NCBI GenBank assembly: GCA_963785305.1
Contig: CAWAUV010000007.1
Span: 1,824,001-1,888,000, forward strand
Direction of reading: 5' to 3'
DNA from: an uncultured Planctomycetaceae bacterium
GTDB lineage: Bacteria; Planctomycetota; Planctomycetia; Pirellulales; PALSA-1355
DNA: 64,000 bases
Below, piece by piece: positions 43,152-53,061 of the stretch. How positions within the stretch are numbered: the stretch's first letter is position 1; the number at the start of each line of letters is the position of its first letter. The position numbers and the translations under genes were made by a program. The notes under the pieces are model-generated. The model did no database searches and was not told the DNA's origin. It was given only the letters and a program-made list of their open reading frames with translations.

Positions 43152-46100
43152 ATGAGAGCGTATTCGAACACCTGTCCCGGCGAAGGGGATCGGCCCACGC
43201 GGCGCTCGCGGCGTGGCGCGACCCCGTGGCTCGCGAGCGGCGTTCGCTTCCTAGCGATGGCTGGTCTCGCGCTCGTGAGCGGCTTCTGGGCGTGTGGCTT
43301 AAGGGATAGCGTCTTCCCCGCGGCGAGCGCGCAAGAGCCAGGACTGCCGACGCCGCGGCTGACTTCGATCTTTCCGGCCGGCGGTCAGCAGGGCACGACC
43401 TTCGAAGTCACGGTCGCTGGCGCCAATCTCGACGCCAGTGATCCCGACTTCGCCTCGACGGGCCCCAGCTCGCTCGTGTTTTCCGACCCCGCCATCACGG
43501 CCCAGCCCAAAATGGCCGAGCCCACGCTGGGGCAAACCGCCCCGCGACCCGTGCCTGGCGTGTTCCTGGTGACGATTCGCCCCGAGGCCCCGCTCGGCCT
43601 CGCCGATGTGCGCGCCCTTGGCAAATACGGCCTCTCGAACCCCCGGGCCTTCGTCATTGGCTCGCTCGCGGAGCGCGAAGAAAAGGAGCCCAACGAGCGG
43701 GCGAGCGACGCAATGCCCGTCACGGTGGGAACCACGATCAACGGCCGGGCCAATCGGCCGGGCGATGTCGATGTTTACCAGTTCTCCGCCAAACGCGGCG
43801 AGCAGATCATTCTCGATGTTTGGGCCTATCGCATTGACTCGCGCATGGACGCGACGCTCACCGTGTACAACGCCGCCGGCGATGAACTGGCCCATGATCG
43901 CGACACCAATCGCCAAGACCCGCTCGTGGCCTTCACGGCGCCCGAAGATGGCGAATACTTCGTCGCCGTGTACGACTTTCTCTACGCCGGTGGGCCCGAC
44001 TATTTCTACCGATTGAACATCAGCGCGACGCCTTATATCGACTTCGTGTTCCCGCCCGCCGGTCAAGCGGGCACGCTGGCGAAGTTCACCGTGTATGGCC
44101 GCAGCCTGCCGGGCGGTCGACCGGCCGTGGCCGACGGCAAGCCGGTGAAGATCGGCTCGCGGCAGCTTGAAATGCTCGAGGTCGAAGTCCCGCTCCCGGC
44201 CGCCGGCGATGCCCGCGAATTGAAATGGGGCTCGATGGTCGAAGCCTCGGAAGCCGGACTCGACGCCATTGCGTGGCGACTCGATTCGTCCGCGGGCCCG
44301 AGCAACGCGGTGCTCTTGGGCGTGGTCAACACCCCGGTCGTCGTGGAACACGAGCCGAACGATTCGCTCGACGCGCCGCAGCGCATCGAGCCGCCTTGCG
44401 AGATTTGCGGCCAGTTCAATCCCCGCCGCGATCAAGACCGCTTTGCCTTCGAAGTGCGCAAGGGAGAGAGTTTTTGGATCGAAGTCGTTTCCGAGCGGCT
44501 TGGAGAACCGACCGATCCGTGCTTGCTCGTGGAAGAAGTCTGCGCCTCGGACCCGGCGACGCCGAAAGTGTTGCAAGACGCCGACGACACCATGACCCCG
44601 CGCCGCGAGGCGTCGTTCGACACCTCGACCGAAGACCCGTTCTACACGTTCACCGCGCCCGAAGACGGTCTGGCGCGGATCACGGTGCGCAATTTGTATT
44701 ACACTTCGGCGGGCGACCCGCGGCACGTGTATCGTCTCGCGATTCGTCGCCCCCGGCCCGATTTCCGCCTAGCGGCCACCCCGCGGCCGACCCCCGCGCA
44801 GCTCGATGGCAAGTTGCCCGAAACGGCGATCGGCAGCGCGGTGTTGCGCCGGGGCGGCGCGGAAGCGATCGAGGTTTATGCCTATCGTCGCGATGGGTTC
44901 GATGGCGAGATCACGCTGCGAGCCATCGGTTTGCCGCCGGGTGTCGCGGCGAGCTCCGTGACGATTTCCGCGGGCCAGTCGATGGGCCGGCTGGTGCTCG
45001 AAGCCGCGGCCGACGCCGCGCCTTGGATCGGCAACATTTCCGTCGAGGGCGTTGCCACGATCGACGGCGCCGAACTTACCCGCGCGGCCCGGCCAGCCAC
45101 CTTTGTTTGGGCTGGCCGACGCGACATGGCGACGCCACGCCGCCGGCTCGCGCGGCGCTTGACCCTCGCGGTCATGGCCGAGGAAGCGCCTTCGCGCTCG
45201 CCGCGCCCTTGGGTCCGGTGGCGTCGACTTGCCGCGGGCATGAACTGAGCGTGCCAGTGCAAGTAACACGTCGGGCGGGCTTCACCGGCAAGGTATCGGT
45301 GGCGGCGTTTGGCTTGCCACGCGAGTTTCAAGCCAAGCCGGCGACGATCGAAGCCGACAAGACCGAAGCCACGATCGAGATCACGCCCTCGGCCACGGCG
45401 CGCCCAGGCGACTTCGCCTTCGCGCTGCTCGGCGCCGCGGAACTGCAATACGCGCACAATCCCGAAGCGCTCGCCGCGGCCGAGAAGCATAAAGCCGCGA
45501 TCAACGCGATCGTCGCCGAGCGGAACACCGCGGCCGCCGCGGCGCTCGAAGCGCGCAAGCGGGCCGAGCAAGCCGCGACTGAAGCGGTCGACGTGGCCGA
45601 GCATGCCAAAAAGTCGCAAGCAGTCGCCGAGGCGACCGCGATGGAAGAATCGGTCATGGCCCAGTCGGCGGTCGAGCAATCGAAGCTAGCCCTCGCGGCG
45701 TCGCTCCGCCAATCGAACAACGACTCGCTGGCCCGAGCCGCCGAAGCGGCGGAGCAGATCGCCGCGGAAGCCGCGGCGCATGCGAAGCTCTCCGCCGATG
45801 CGAAGCTCTCCGCCGACAAGCAAGCCGCCACGTTGAATGAGGCTTCGCGCGCCGCCACGGAGCGGCGGGCAAGCGCCACGGCCACCGCGCTCGCCGCCGC
45901 GGCGAAGGTCGAGCAAGCGCTCGCCGCCCAGCAGCAGGCCGACCGCGAGCTCACCGAATGGTCCGCCCGCGGGAAGCCTCGGATGATCAAAGTCGGCGAG
46001 CTCTCGCCGAGCCTCACGCTCCGCGTGACCCCCGCGCCGCTCACGCTCGCGCTCGGCGCGCGCGAAGCGACCGGCCGCATCGGCCAGCGGGTTTCGATCC

Positions 46101-46366
46101 CGGTCACCGTGACTCGGCTCTATGGCTATGAAGACTCGGTGCAAATTCGCGTGCGACCCACGACCCGCGTGGCGGGCGTCGAAACCCCGGCGGTGGAACT
46201 TGCCAAGGGCGAAGGCACGGCCACGCTCGTCTTGGAAATCGGCCCCGACGCCAAACCCGGCCAGCACTCGCTCGTGATCGAAGCCGGGGCCAAGACGAAG
46301 AACCTCGAACTTTACACCGGCGAGGAAGTGCAACTCACGATCGAACCCATCGAAACAGGCGGTTGA
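43152..46366 (+). CDS. Secreted planctomycete protein with pre-peptidase C-terminal (PPC) domains and an Ala-rich coiled coil; frameshift near 45190
   Basis: PRLTSIFPAGGQQGT, GLSNPRAF, two E.EPN repeats, D.DVYQF.AKRGE, YRLAIRRP.PDFRL; continues in ORF 44225..46366. Confidence 0.8.
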
Positions 46367-46396
46367 ATTTCTCTCGAACCGCCCCCCGAAACCGCG

Positions 46397-46584
46397 AACA
46401 CGAGCCCAGTAAAACGAGCCCGCCAACACAAGCCCAGTAAAACGAGCCCGCCAACACAAGCCTGAAGCGCCAGCGAAGGTCTTCTTTCGCAATGTTTCAG
46501 GCTTGTGGGCGCTAGTTTTGTTTGTCTTCCTTCGCTCGCGCTTCAGGCTTGTCGGATTTTCCTTCGCTGGCGCTGCGAGCTTGT
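46397..46584. repeat. Repeat cluster: two 28-bp tandem copies plus REP-like units (ACAAGCCTGAAGCGCCAGCGAAGG) in both orientations
   Basis: Tandem units at 46397-46424 and 46425-46452; forward unit at 46456-46479; reverse units at 46529-46552 and 46561-46584; partial unit at 46495-46506. Confidence 0.85.
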
Positions 46585-46650
46585 CCGGTTAGGGAAAAAT
46601 CCATCGCTCGCGAATCGAGCTTTTGCTCTCGGGGCCGAACTGCCCCGTCG

Positions 46651-47844
46651 CTATTCTTGCGTGAGGCAGGCCATTTCCGGGTCATAGCGAAACCCGCCAA
46701 GGGTCCCATCTTTAATTCGTTGGATTGCTTCGTCGATCACGGGAAGTGGAACAAGGAACCATTCCCTCGGCTCGACTTGCGCGCCGAAACGATCTTTCAG
46801 TTCCAGGTCCAGCCGAGCGCTGCTGAATACCTTGTGCAATAGCCCTTCGAGCGCGTTCCGGTTGACGTTCGCCAGTTTGAATGTTGCGACGATTTCGACG
46901 TCGGCCAGAAGATATGTCGGATCTTTTCTTGCATTGGCGACGCGGTTTTTCACATCCCCGCCGGTGACGCCGATCTTATGAATGACGGATCGGTTCGCCG
47001 CGACAAAAGGATGTTCCGACTTGCTTCTGAGAACATAGATATAACCGGCCGCCAAATCTCCTTCCTCTTCGATTTCAGCGAAGAGAGGCCCAAAGCCCGG
47101 CTCGGTAATCCGGCGGCTGGCTTTGTCCTTGTACAACGCGCGCTGCAGCGAGCGAAGGAGCAGGTCGCTCTCAACGCCGTTGTCGTAAACGACCCTGAGC
47201 CTGCGGTCCGGGCGGCCATAGTCGCTCACGAAAGGCTCGCCCAATTCCGTCACGAGGACCTTCTGGCCATCAAGGATGAATAGATCCCCTTTTGCCAGCT
47301 CCGCGAATTCCTTGTATTTCACGGTTCGCCGCTTGCCCGTGTCCAATTCGTGCTGCACGGTTTTGAAGAGCGGCCTGAATGTCTCGAAGTCCTTGCAAGG
47401 AGTGCGCTGCGCGATGTCCTCCGCCGCTTTGATCTCCTCCCGCGAACGGACATGAACGAGCCGAGTCACGTTGTCCGCCGCCGCGGGTTCAAGCCCGAGC
47501 GCATTCAAAAGTTCGTCGTCCGTCGGTTCGGCCGCGGCGGGGCTTGCGTTGGGATCCGCCGCGGCGTTTAAGAGCCCGCGCGAGTCGAGGTCCTTCAAGA
47601 CGGCGCGGCACTCCACGGATTCTCGAATTCGATCCAATCTCGTGGCGTAGAGCCGTTCGAAGATATCGCGGTCCTCGCCATGCTGGGGCGCCCTCTGGTG
47701 CTCGATGACGAATCGCTCGATCTCCTCGAACCCCGCGATGATTCGTTGCTCCCGGACGGTGCGGCCACCGGCCGGAGCGGAAACCGCGTCGGCGCCCAGC
47801 TTGCCCAATAGCTCCAGGTCTTCGTCGGTGACATGGTCAGGCAT
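46651..47844 (-). CDS. YeeC-like GIY-YIG nuclease (T5orf172/MUG113-type C-terminal domain)
   Basis: GYIYVLRS...HKIGVT...RVANA..DPTYLLA.V...LE..LHKVF...PREWF. Confidence 0.85.
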   Translation of the reverse strand: MPDHVTDEDLELLGKLGADAVSAPAGGRTVREQRIIAGFEEIERFVIEHQRAPQHGEDRDIFERLYATRLDRIRESVECRAVLKDLDSRGLLNAAADPNASPAAAEPTDDELLNALGLEPAAADNVTRLVHVRSREEIKAAEDIAQRTPCKDFETFRPLFKTVQHELDTGKRRTVKYKEFAELAKGDLFILDGQKVLVTELGEPFVSDYGRPDRRLRVVYDNGVESDLLLRSLQRALYKDKASRRITEPGFGPLFAEIEEEGDLAAGYIYVLRSKSEHPFVAANRSVIHKIGVTGGDVKNRVANARKDPTYLLADVEIVATFKLANVNRNALEGLLHKVFSSARLDLELKDRFGAQVEPREWFLVPLPVIDEAIQRIKDGTLGGFRYDPEMACLTQE

Positions 47845-50032
47845 TGCCGCTTTCCTTTGCCTTGCGCTGCAAGTAGGCGACTCCCTCGGCCATGCGTTTC
47901 TCCCAGGGATCCGTGGCGGTTAGGGTGGGCAACCGTCCCCGTTCCGTCTTGAAGCGCAAGGCCCTTTTCGCCAACTCACGCGCGTCCTCCAGCGTCATGC
48001 TCACCCGCTTGGCGGCGATCACCTCGGCGACCTGCCTGAGACGCTCTTCGGTCATGGTTTTGGCCAAGATCGCATAAGCTTCGCTAAATGGATTGATGCG
48101 GTCGATTAAATCGATGTCGAGTTCCCTGACGGACAAAGCAAATTGCCGCACCCCATCGATCAGCGCCGTGTTTTTGGAATCCTCGGCGCCACCTTCGTTG
48201 AGCGCCTTCTTCGCTTGCTGTACTAAATTCAGCGCCGCGATCGCGTGCTGGCGGACAGCCTCTTGATCCTCCTGGTCCAGATTCGGGAACTTTTCTTTCA
48301 CGATCTTGCCCATCCGTGCTTGGGTCAGTTCCTCCGGCGCCAGTTCTTCGTCGAACAGTCCGCGTTCGATCACCTGCTTGTCCTGCACGAACGCGGTGAC
48401 CAGTTCGACCAAGTCCTCGCGGCAAACACGCTCGGCCTCGCGACTCTTCGGCTCCGCCAGCCCCTTGATCTCCAATTGAATGAGGCCCGTTTTCGAATCG
48501 ACGCCCACATTGCATTTGCCCGGATCGTAGCCGCCGTCGCCATAGTCCAAGCCGGGGGTCGGCACGTTGTTCGGATACTTCGGCCTGAACTCAAACCGCG
48601 GCGCCAGCACCTGCTCCATCAGCAGGCTCGCGGCGATCGCCTTGAGCGTTTCGTTCACCGCCTCGGTCACGGCGCCTTCGCTGGCGTCGGGCTCGGCGAT
48701 CAGGTTGGAGAACCGGGCCCGCGTTTTGCCGGGCGCGTCGCGGGTGGCGCGGCCGATGATCTGCACGATTTCCGTGAGGCTCGATCGATAGCCGACCGTC
48801 AGCGCGTGTTCGCACCAAATCCAGTCAAAACCTTCTTTCGCCATGCCTAGGGCGATGATGATGTCCACGTAATCGCGGTTATCCTTCTCCGCCGAGTCTT
48901 TCAGCGCGGCGGATACCTTTCCCCGCTTGGCCGAATCGTCATCCACGAGATCGGCGATCCTGAGTACTTTTCCGCCGGCGGTCTTTACAAGTTGAAAACC
49001 GGTCCGCGGGTCGACGCCCTGCCACTCGCCAAGTTCCTCGATGATGTGCTCCACTTCCCGAATCTTGTCCTTCGTGCTCTCGCGCGAATTGACGTTCGGA
49101 ATATGCAAAATCGTTTTCTCCGCCGGGTCGAGCACCTTCAGGATTTCGTCCGTGTAGCTGCCGGCGTAAAAATAGTAACCGAGGTCGAGTTGCTTGAGGT
49201 ATTGATAGCCGTTGAGCTGCTCGTAGTAGGTGTAGGTAACGGTCTCGAACCGCGATTCGTCGTCGGGGTGCAGCACGGCTTCGGCGTCGCCGCGGAAGTA
49301 CGAGCCAGTCATGGCCACGAGATGAGCTTTATCGTGCGCCATGAACTGACGCACCTGATCGCCCAGCCGGCTATCGGGATTGGCGGAGACATGGTGAAAC
49401 TCGTCGACCGCGATCAGGCGATCGTCAAACGCTTCCACGCCAAATTTTTCCACCGCGAAGCGGAAGGTGGCGTGCGTGCAGACCAAAACCTTCTTGGCCT
49501 CACCTTCGGAACACCCCTCGACAAAAGCCTTCACTGCCGCGACCTTGCCGCCATTATCCGATCCTGGCGCATCGCACAAATTCCACTTCGGTTCCACCCG
49601 CCAGTCGGCCCAGAAACCGAACCGGCTCAAGGGCTCGTCGTGGAAACTGGCGCCGATCGACTTTTCCGGCACGACGATAATGGCTTGCTTGAGTTTTTGG
49701 TTCGCTAACTTGTCGAGGGCCACGAACATCAGCGCCCGGCTCTTACCCGACGCCGGCGGCGATTTGATGAGCAAGTATTGTTCGCCACGCTTCTGCCAGA
49801 CGCCCTCCTGCATGGGCCGCATGCCTAGGGAGTTCGATTTCGTCGAACTCCCATCGCGGGCGTATTTGACCGAGACACTCGGAATGGATCGAGCCGTTCG
49901 ATCTTGGGAGGCCATGCGTTTCTCATGGCGGTCGATCAGTTCCGGTAGTTCTTCCACGACCTGCTCGCGAATCGACTTGTACTTCGCGGCTTCCTCCGGG
50001 GAAAGCCGTCGCTGGCGGCTGATGCGTTTCAT
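47837..50032 (-). CDS. YeeB-like SF2 (DEAD/DEAH) helicase with a ~40-aa antitoxin-like N-terminal extension
   Basis: Walker A SPPASGKS, Walker B DEFHH, MTGS, QIIGRATRD; extension MKRISRQRRLSPEEAAKY...RHEKRMAS. Confidence 0.85.
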   Translation of the reverse strand: MKRISRQRRLSPEEAAKYKSIREQVVEELPELIDRHEKRMASQDRTARSIPSVSVKYARDGSSTKSNSLGMRPMQEGVWQKRGEQYLLIKSPPASGKSRALMFVALDKLANQKLKQAIIVVPEKSIGASFHDEPLSRFGFWADWRVEPKWNLCDAPGSDNGGKVAAVKAFVEGCSEGEAKKVLVCTHATFRFAVEKFGVEAFDDRLIAVDEFHHVSANPDSRLGDQVRQFMAHDKAHLVAMTGSYFRGDAEAVLHPDDESRFETVTYTYYEQLNGYQYLKQLDLGYYFYAGSYTDEILKVLDPAEKTILHIPNVNSRESTKDKIREVEHIIEELGEWQGVDPRTGFQLVKTAGGKVLRIADLVDDDSAKRGKVSAALKDSAEKDNRDYVDIIIALGMAKEGFDWIWCEHALTVGYRSSLTEIVQIIGRATRDAPGKTRARFSNLIAEPDASEGAVTEAVNETLKAIAASLLMEQVLAPRFEFRPKYPNNVPTPGLDYGDGGYDPGKCNVGVDSKTGLIQLEIKGLAEPKSREAERVCREDLVELVTAFVQDKQVIERGLFDEELAPEELTQARMGKIVKEKFPNLDQEDQEAVRQHAIAALNLVQQAKKALNEGGAEDSKNTALIDGVRQFALSVRELDIDLIDRINPFSEAYAILAKTMTEERLRQVAEVIAAKRVSMTLEDARELAKRALRFKTERGRLPTLTATDPWEKRMAEGVAYLQRKAKESGNA

Positions 50033-50295
50033 GATCGATTCCTTTTGGGAACTTCGTAAGCCGTGATCGGATAGACAACGCCCGCTTCGACCACTTCGTA
50101 AACCACCAAAAGACGCCGACTCGCACGGGTCTCCCCGAATACCACGGGTCTGCCCGACGACCGACTAATGTCCCTGTCGGTCTCGTGGCGCAACACTTCT
50201 TCGACTTCCTCCTTCGTGACATCGTGTTCGGCGCAGTGCCAAACGTTGCCATGGGGATCGCCATCGAGATCCCACAAGATCGAATCGAAAAGCAT
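50029..50295 (-). CDS. BrnT/DUF4258-like RelE-fold toxin
   Basis: WD......N..H.AEHDVTKEEVEEVL...FGET...RRLLVVYE...YPITAY; ATGA overlap with the downstream gene. Confidence 0.75.
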   Translation of the reverse strand: MLFDSILWDLDGDPHGNVWHCAEHDVTKEEVEEVLRHETDRDISRSSGRPVVFGETRASRRLLVVYEVVEAGVVYPITAYEVPKRNRS

Positions 50296-50315
50296 CCGCC
50301 GGCGCTCGCTTCCTT

Positions 50316-50321
50316 ATTATA
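50316..50321 (-). promoter_or_regulatory. Perfect -10 box TATAAT upstream of the toxin-helicase-nuclease operon
   Basis: ATTATA on the + strand, about 20 nt before the toxin ATG, followed by AAGGAAG. Confidence 0.55.
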
Positions 50322-50378
50322 TCCAATGTGCGGCCCGCTTGAGGCGCCCATTCCGAGACGCCGAGCCCTCGTCCCAAC

Positions 50379-50432
50379 ACAAGCCCGAAGCGCCGGCGAA
50401 GGAATCCCGCTCGGATTTACACAAGCCTGAAT
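50379..50432 (+). repeat. Second REP-like cluster: one full unit and one unit cut by IS66
   Basis: ACAAGCCCGAAGCGCCGGCGAAGG at 50379-50402; ACAAGCCTGAAT at 50421-50432 abuts the IS end. Confidence 0.8.
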
Positions 50433-51541
50433 GTAACTGTTAAGCATTTCCTCTTTCCCGAAATTGGGTTTTCGGTCACATTGATTGGATCATGGATGAT
50501 CGAGATCGACGGATCGCCGAGTTGGAAGCGGAAATCGCCCGGTTGCTGGCGGAGAACGGAACGCTGCGCAAGCGCGTCGAGCAACTCGAACAGCAAGTCC
50601 AAAAGTTTTTGCAGCGGCGCAAGAAAACTGCTCGGCCATTTGCGTTGGGGCGGCGCTTTGTTCGAGCCGGTGGTCGACAAACTCTGGGAACTCTTGCGCA
50701 ATTCGCCGGTCGTGCAAGGCGATGAGACCGGCTGGCGGATCGATGGCCAGCCCGTTTGGGCCTGGTGTTTTCGAGACACGCGCTTGGCATTGTTCCTGAT
50801 CGATCGTCATCGCAATCGGGCCGTGCTCGAGCGAGCGTTGGGCACATCGTTCGCGGGCACGCTGGTCAGCGATTTTTATGCGGTCTACAACGGGCTCGAC
50901 TGCCGCAAACAGCGCTGCTTGGTCCATTTGCTTCGCGAGTTGCACAAGCTGCGCGAGACGTTGCCGGCGGCGAGCGTGCGGGCCTTCATCCAGCCGTTGA
51001 TCACGCTGTTTCAAGACGCGATCCGGTTGGGCCACGAGCGCAAGTCGCTCGGCAAAAAAGCTTTCAACGCGGCCCGACACGAGATTCAAAACCGTTTCGA
51101 CACGTTGATGCTCGAGACGCGCGTGCGGCATCGCGAATGTTTGCGAATCTGGCGCCGGCTGTTCAAGCACTGCGACGAATTGTTCACCTTTCTCGACGAT
51201 GCGAATGTTCCGGCCGACAACAACGGAACCGAACGCGACATCCGAAGCCTGGCGGCGGCGAGGAATGATGGCGGCACGCATCGGACCGAATGGAGCGCGG
51301 CGGCGTTCGCCCGAATCAAGAGCGTGATCGCGACCGGCGCGAAAAACGGTTTGAGTTTTGCAAAGTATGGCATCGAAGTCGTGCGCGCTAAATTGCAAGG
51401 CAAGACCCTGCCGCTGCCGATCACCAATAGCAGTTAAACCATCCGCCACGCGACCCATCCCCGGAAACCCCTCGCCCGCGATCCCCGCCAATATCGCCAC
51501 CGCCCCCCCGCGCCCAGGCCACGCCACGGCTTAACAGTTAC
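50433..51541 (+). mobile_element. IS66-family element (single-ORF type), internally deleted, 1109 bp
   Basis: Perfect 13-bp inverted repeats GTAACTGTTAAGC/GCTTAACAGTTAC; no flanking 8-bp duplication. Confidence 0.88.
50492..51437 (+). pseudogene. IS66 transposase with an internal deletion and frameshift near 50650
   Basis: Leucine-zipper N-terminus (RIAELEAEIARL) jumps directly to DETGWR, VSDFYAVY, QRCLVHLLR and DNNGTERDIR; the usual Zn-ribbon region is missing. Confidence 0.8.
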
Positions 51542-51719
51542 CGGCACGCAGGTTGCCGCTAGCGATCGAAATACCGATAAGACTCCGGATAGGCGCCGGT
51601 ATTCGCTTTTTGTAGATGTTCTCTGGGATTTGTTTTGGATAGTCTCTGATAGGGGGCTCCCTGGAGACCCGTTCTCCAAAGTCCCGGGTTAGCGACGACG
51701 GACTATGGGAGATTGGGAA

Positions 51720-52088
51720 ATGAAACGCGATATGGATTTGGTGCGCGCGATCCTGCTGGCTGCGGAGGAGAGTCCGACCGGTTTTGCTCACGATGCATGC
51801 GAAAAAATCGTGGGCTATACACCCGCGCAAATCGGCTATCACGTTCATTTAATGATGCAAGCAGGCTTGGTCAACGGTGTTGATGTGACGCACATGGAAA
51901 GCTCCGGTCCAGAGGCACGGCTAAGCAGCCTTACATCGGCGGGCCATGATTTTCTTGATGCGGCCCGAAATCAGTCAGTCTGGCAGCAAGTTAAAACCGT
52001 ATTCATGGAGAAAGCAGGCCCGGCTTCAATTGCAGTTTGGCAAGCGGCGTTGACGGCACAGGTCCTTAAGAATCTCGGCTTGAAATAA
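51720..52088 (+). CDS. DUF2513 domain protein
   Basis: MKRDMDLVRAILL, YHVHLMMQAGLV, LTSAGHDFLDAARN..VW. Confidence 0.85.
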   Translation: MKRDMDLVRAILLAAEESPTGFAHDACEKIVGYTPAQIGYHVHLMMQAGLVNGVDVTHMESSGPEARLSSLTSAGHDFLDAARNQSVWQQVKTVFMEKAGPASIAVWQAALTAQVLKNLGLK

Positions 52089-52150
52089 GCCGCTGTCAAC
52101 GCCGCAACGGTTCGCAGGTCGGGCAACCGCTCGAGCCACGTGCGGCCGTC

Positions 52151-52987
52151 TCAGTGCAGCAGCCAGTTCACCACCTCGACCAACCCGTCGCTGTCGTGCG
52201 ACGGGGCGATGCGGTCGGCGTGGGCTTTTACATCGTCGGTGGCGTTGCCCATCGCCACTCCGAGCCCCGCGCCTTGGATCATCGGAATATCGTTCACATC
52301 GTCGCCCACGGCGCAGATCTCGTCGTCGCGAATGCCAAACTGCCGGGCCAGCCGCCGCACGCCCGACCATTTGGTGCAGCCGATCGGCGCGATCTCGCAC
52401 ATGTGGCCCGCATAGCGCGGGCTGCGGAGCACATGCACATAGAGCCAGGGGCCCAAGCGGGCTTCCAGGTCGGCGGCCAGTTCGAGCATCGGCTGGCGCT
52501 GGCCCATGGCAAAGCCACCAAACACCTCGGGTGGCGGCGAGGTCGTGAGCTCGGGCCAAGCCCGGCCGCAGCCGGGATTCATGCGAAGGAATTCTTCGAG
52601 CATCGGCTCGCGCGGCGGCTGGGGGCCGTGGTAATAGTCGAAACCCTCGGCGAACGAATCGGTGTAGAGCACGGCGTCGCGTCCCGCGGCCTCGACGCGG
52701 GCGAGAAGCGCCGGGAGCACGCCTTCGGCAAACCGCGCGCGGAAGAGCGTGGCATGGCCTTGCGGGTCTTTGATCAGGGCCCCGCTGGCGGTGATGAGCG
52801 GCAAATGCAGCCCCAACGGCTCGACCAGCGGCAGGGCCCGACTGTAGCGCCGGCCGGTGGCGATCGCCACTTGCATGCCGGCCGACTTGGCCCGCCAAAT
52901 GGCGGCGCGCACCGCGTCGGTCAGTTCATGTTGACTGTTGACGAGCGTGCCATCGATATCAAGAGCCAGCAGGCGAAACCGCGACAT
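52151..52987 (-). CDS. Cof-type HAD-IIB hydrolase
   Basis: LALDIDGTL, IATGR, K..G, AVGDDVNDIPMI..AGLGVAMGNA. Confidence 0.92.
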   Translation of the reverse strand: MSRFRLLALDIDGTLVNSQHELTDAVRAAIWRAKSAGMQVAIATGRRYSRALPLVEPLGLHLPLITASGALIKDPQGHATLFRARFAEGVLPALLARVEAAGRDAVLYTDSFAEGFDYYHGPQPPREPMLEEFLRMNPGCGRAWPELTTSPPPEVFGGFAMGQRQPMLELAADLEARLGPWLYVHVLRSPRYAGHMCEIAPIGCTKWSGVRRLARQFGIRDDEICAVGDDVNDIPMIQGAGLGVAMGNATDDVKAHADRIAPSHDSDGLVEVVNWLLH

Positions 52988-53061
52988 GGGAGAAATTCGT
53001 GGCGATGGCAACCGAGGGGCGGGGTGATAAAGACTCCGGAGAAGCCGCATTTGGTCCGTTT

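Noticed and set aside
46397..46584. Possible CRISPR array
   Set aside because: The 28-bp units are directly adjacent with no unique spacers, the other units are inverted REP-like copies, and there are no cas genes.
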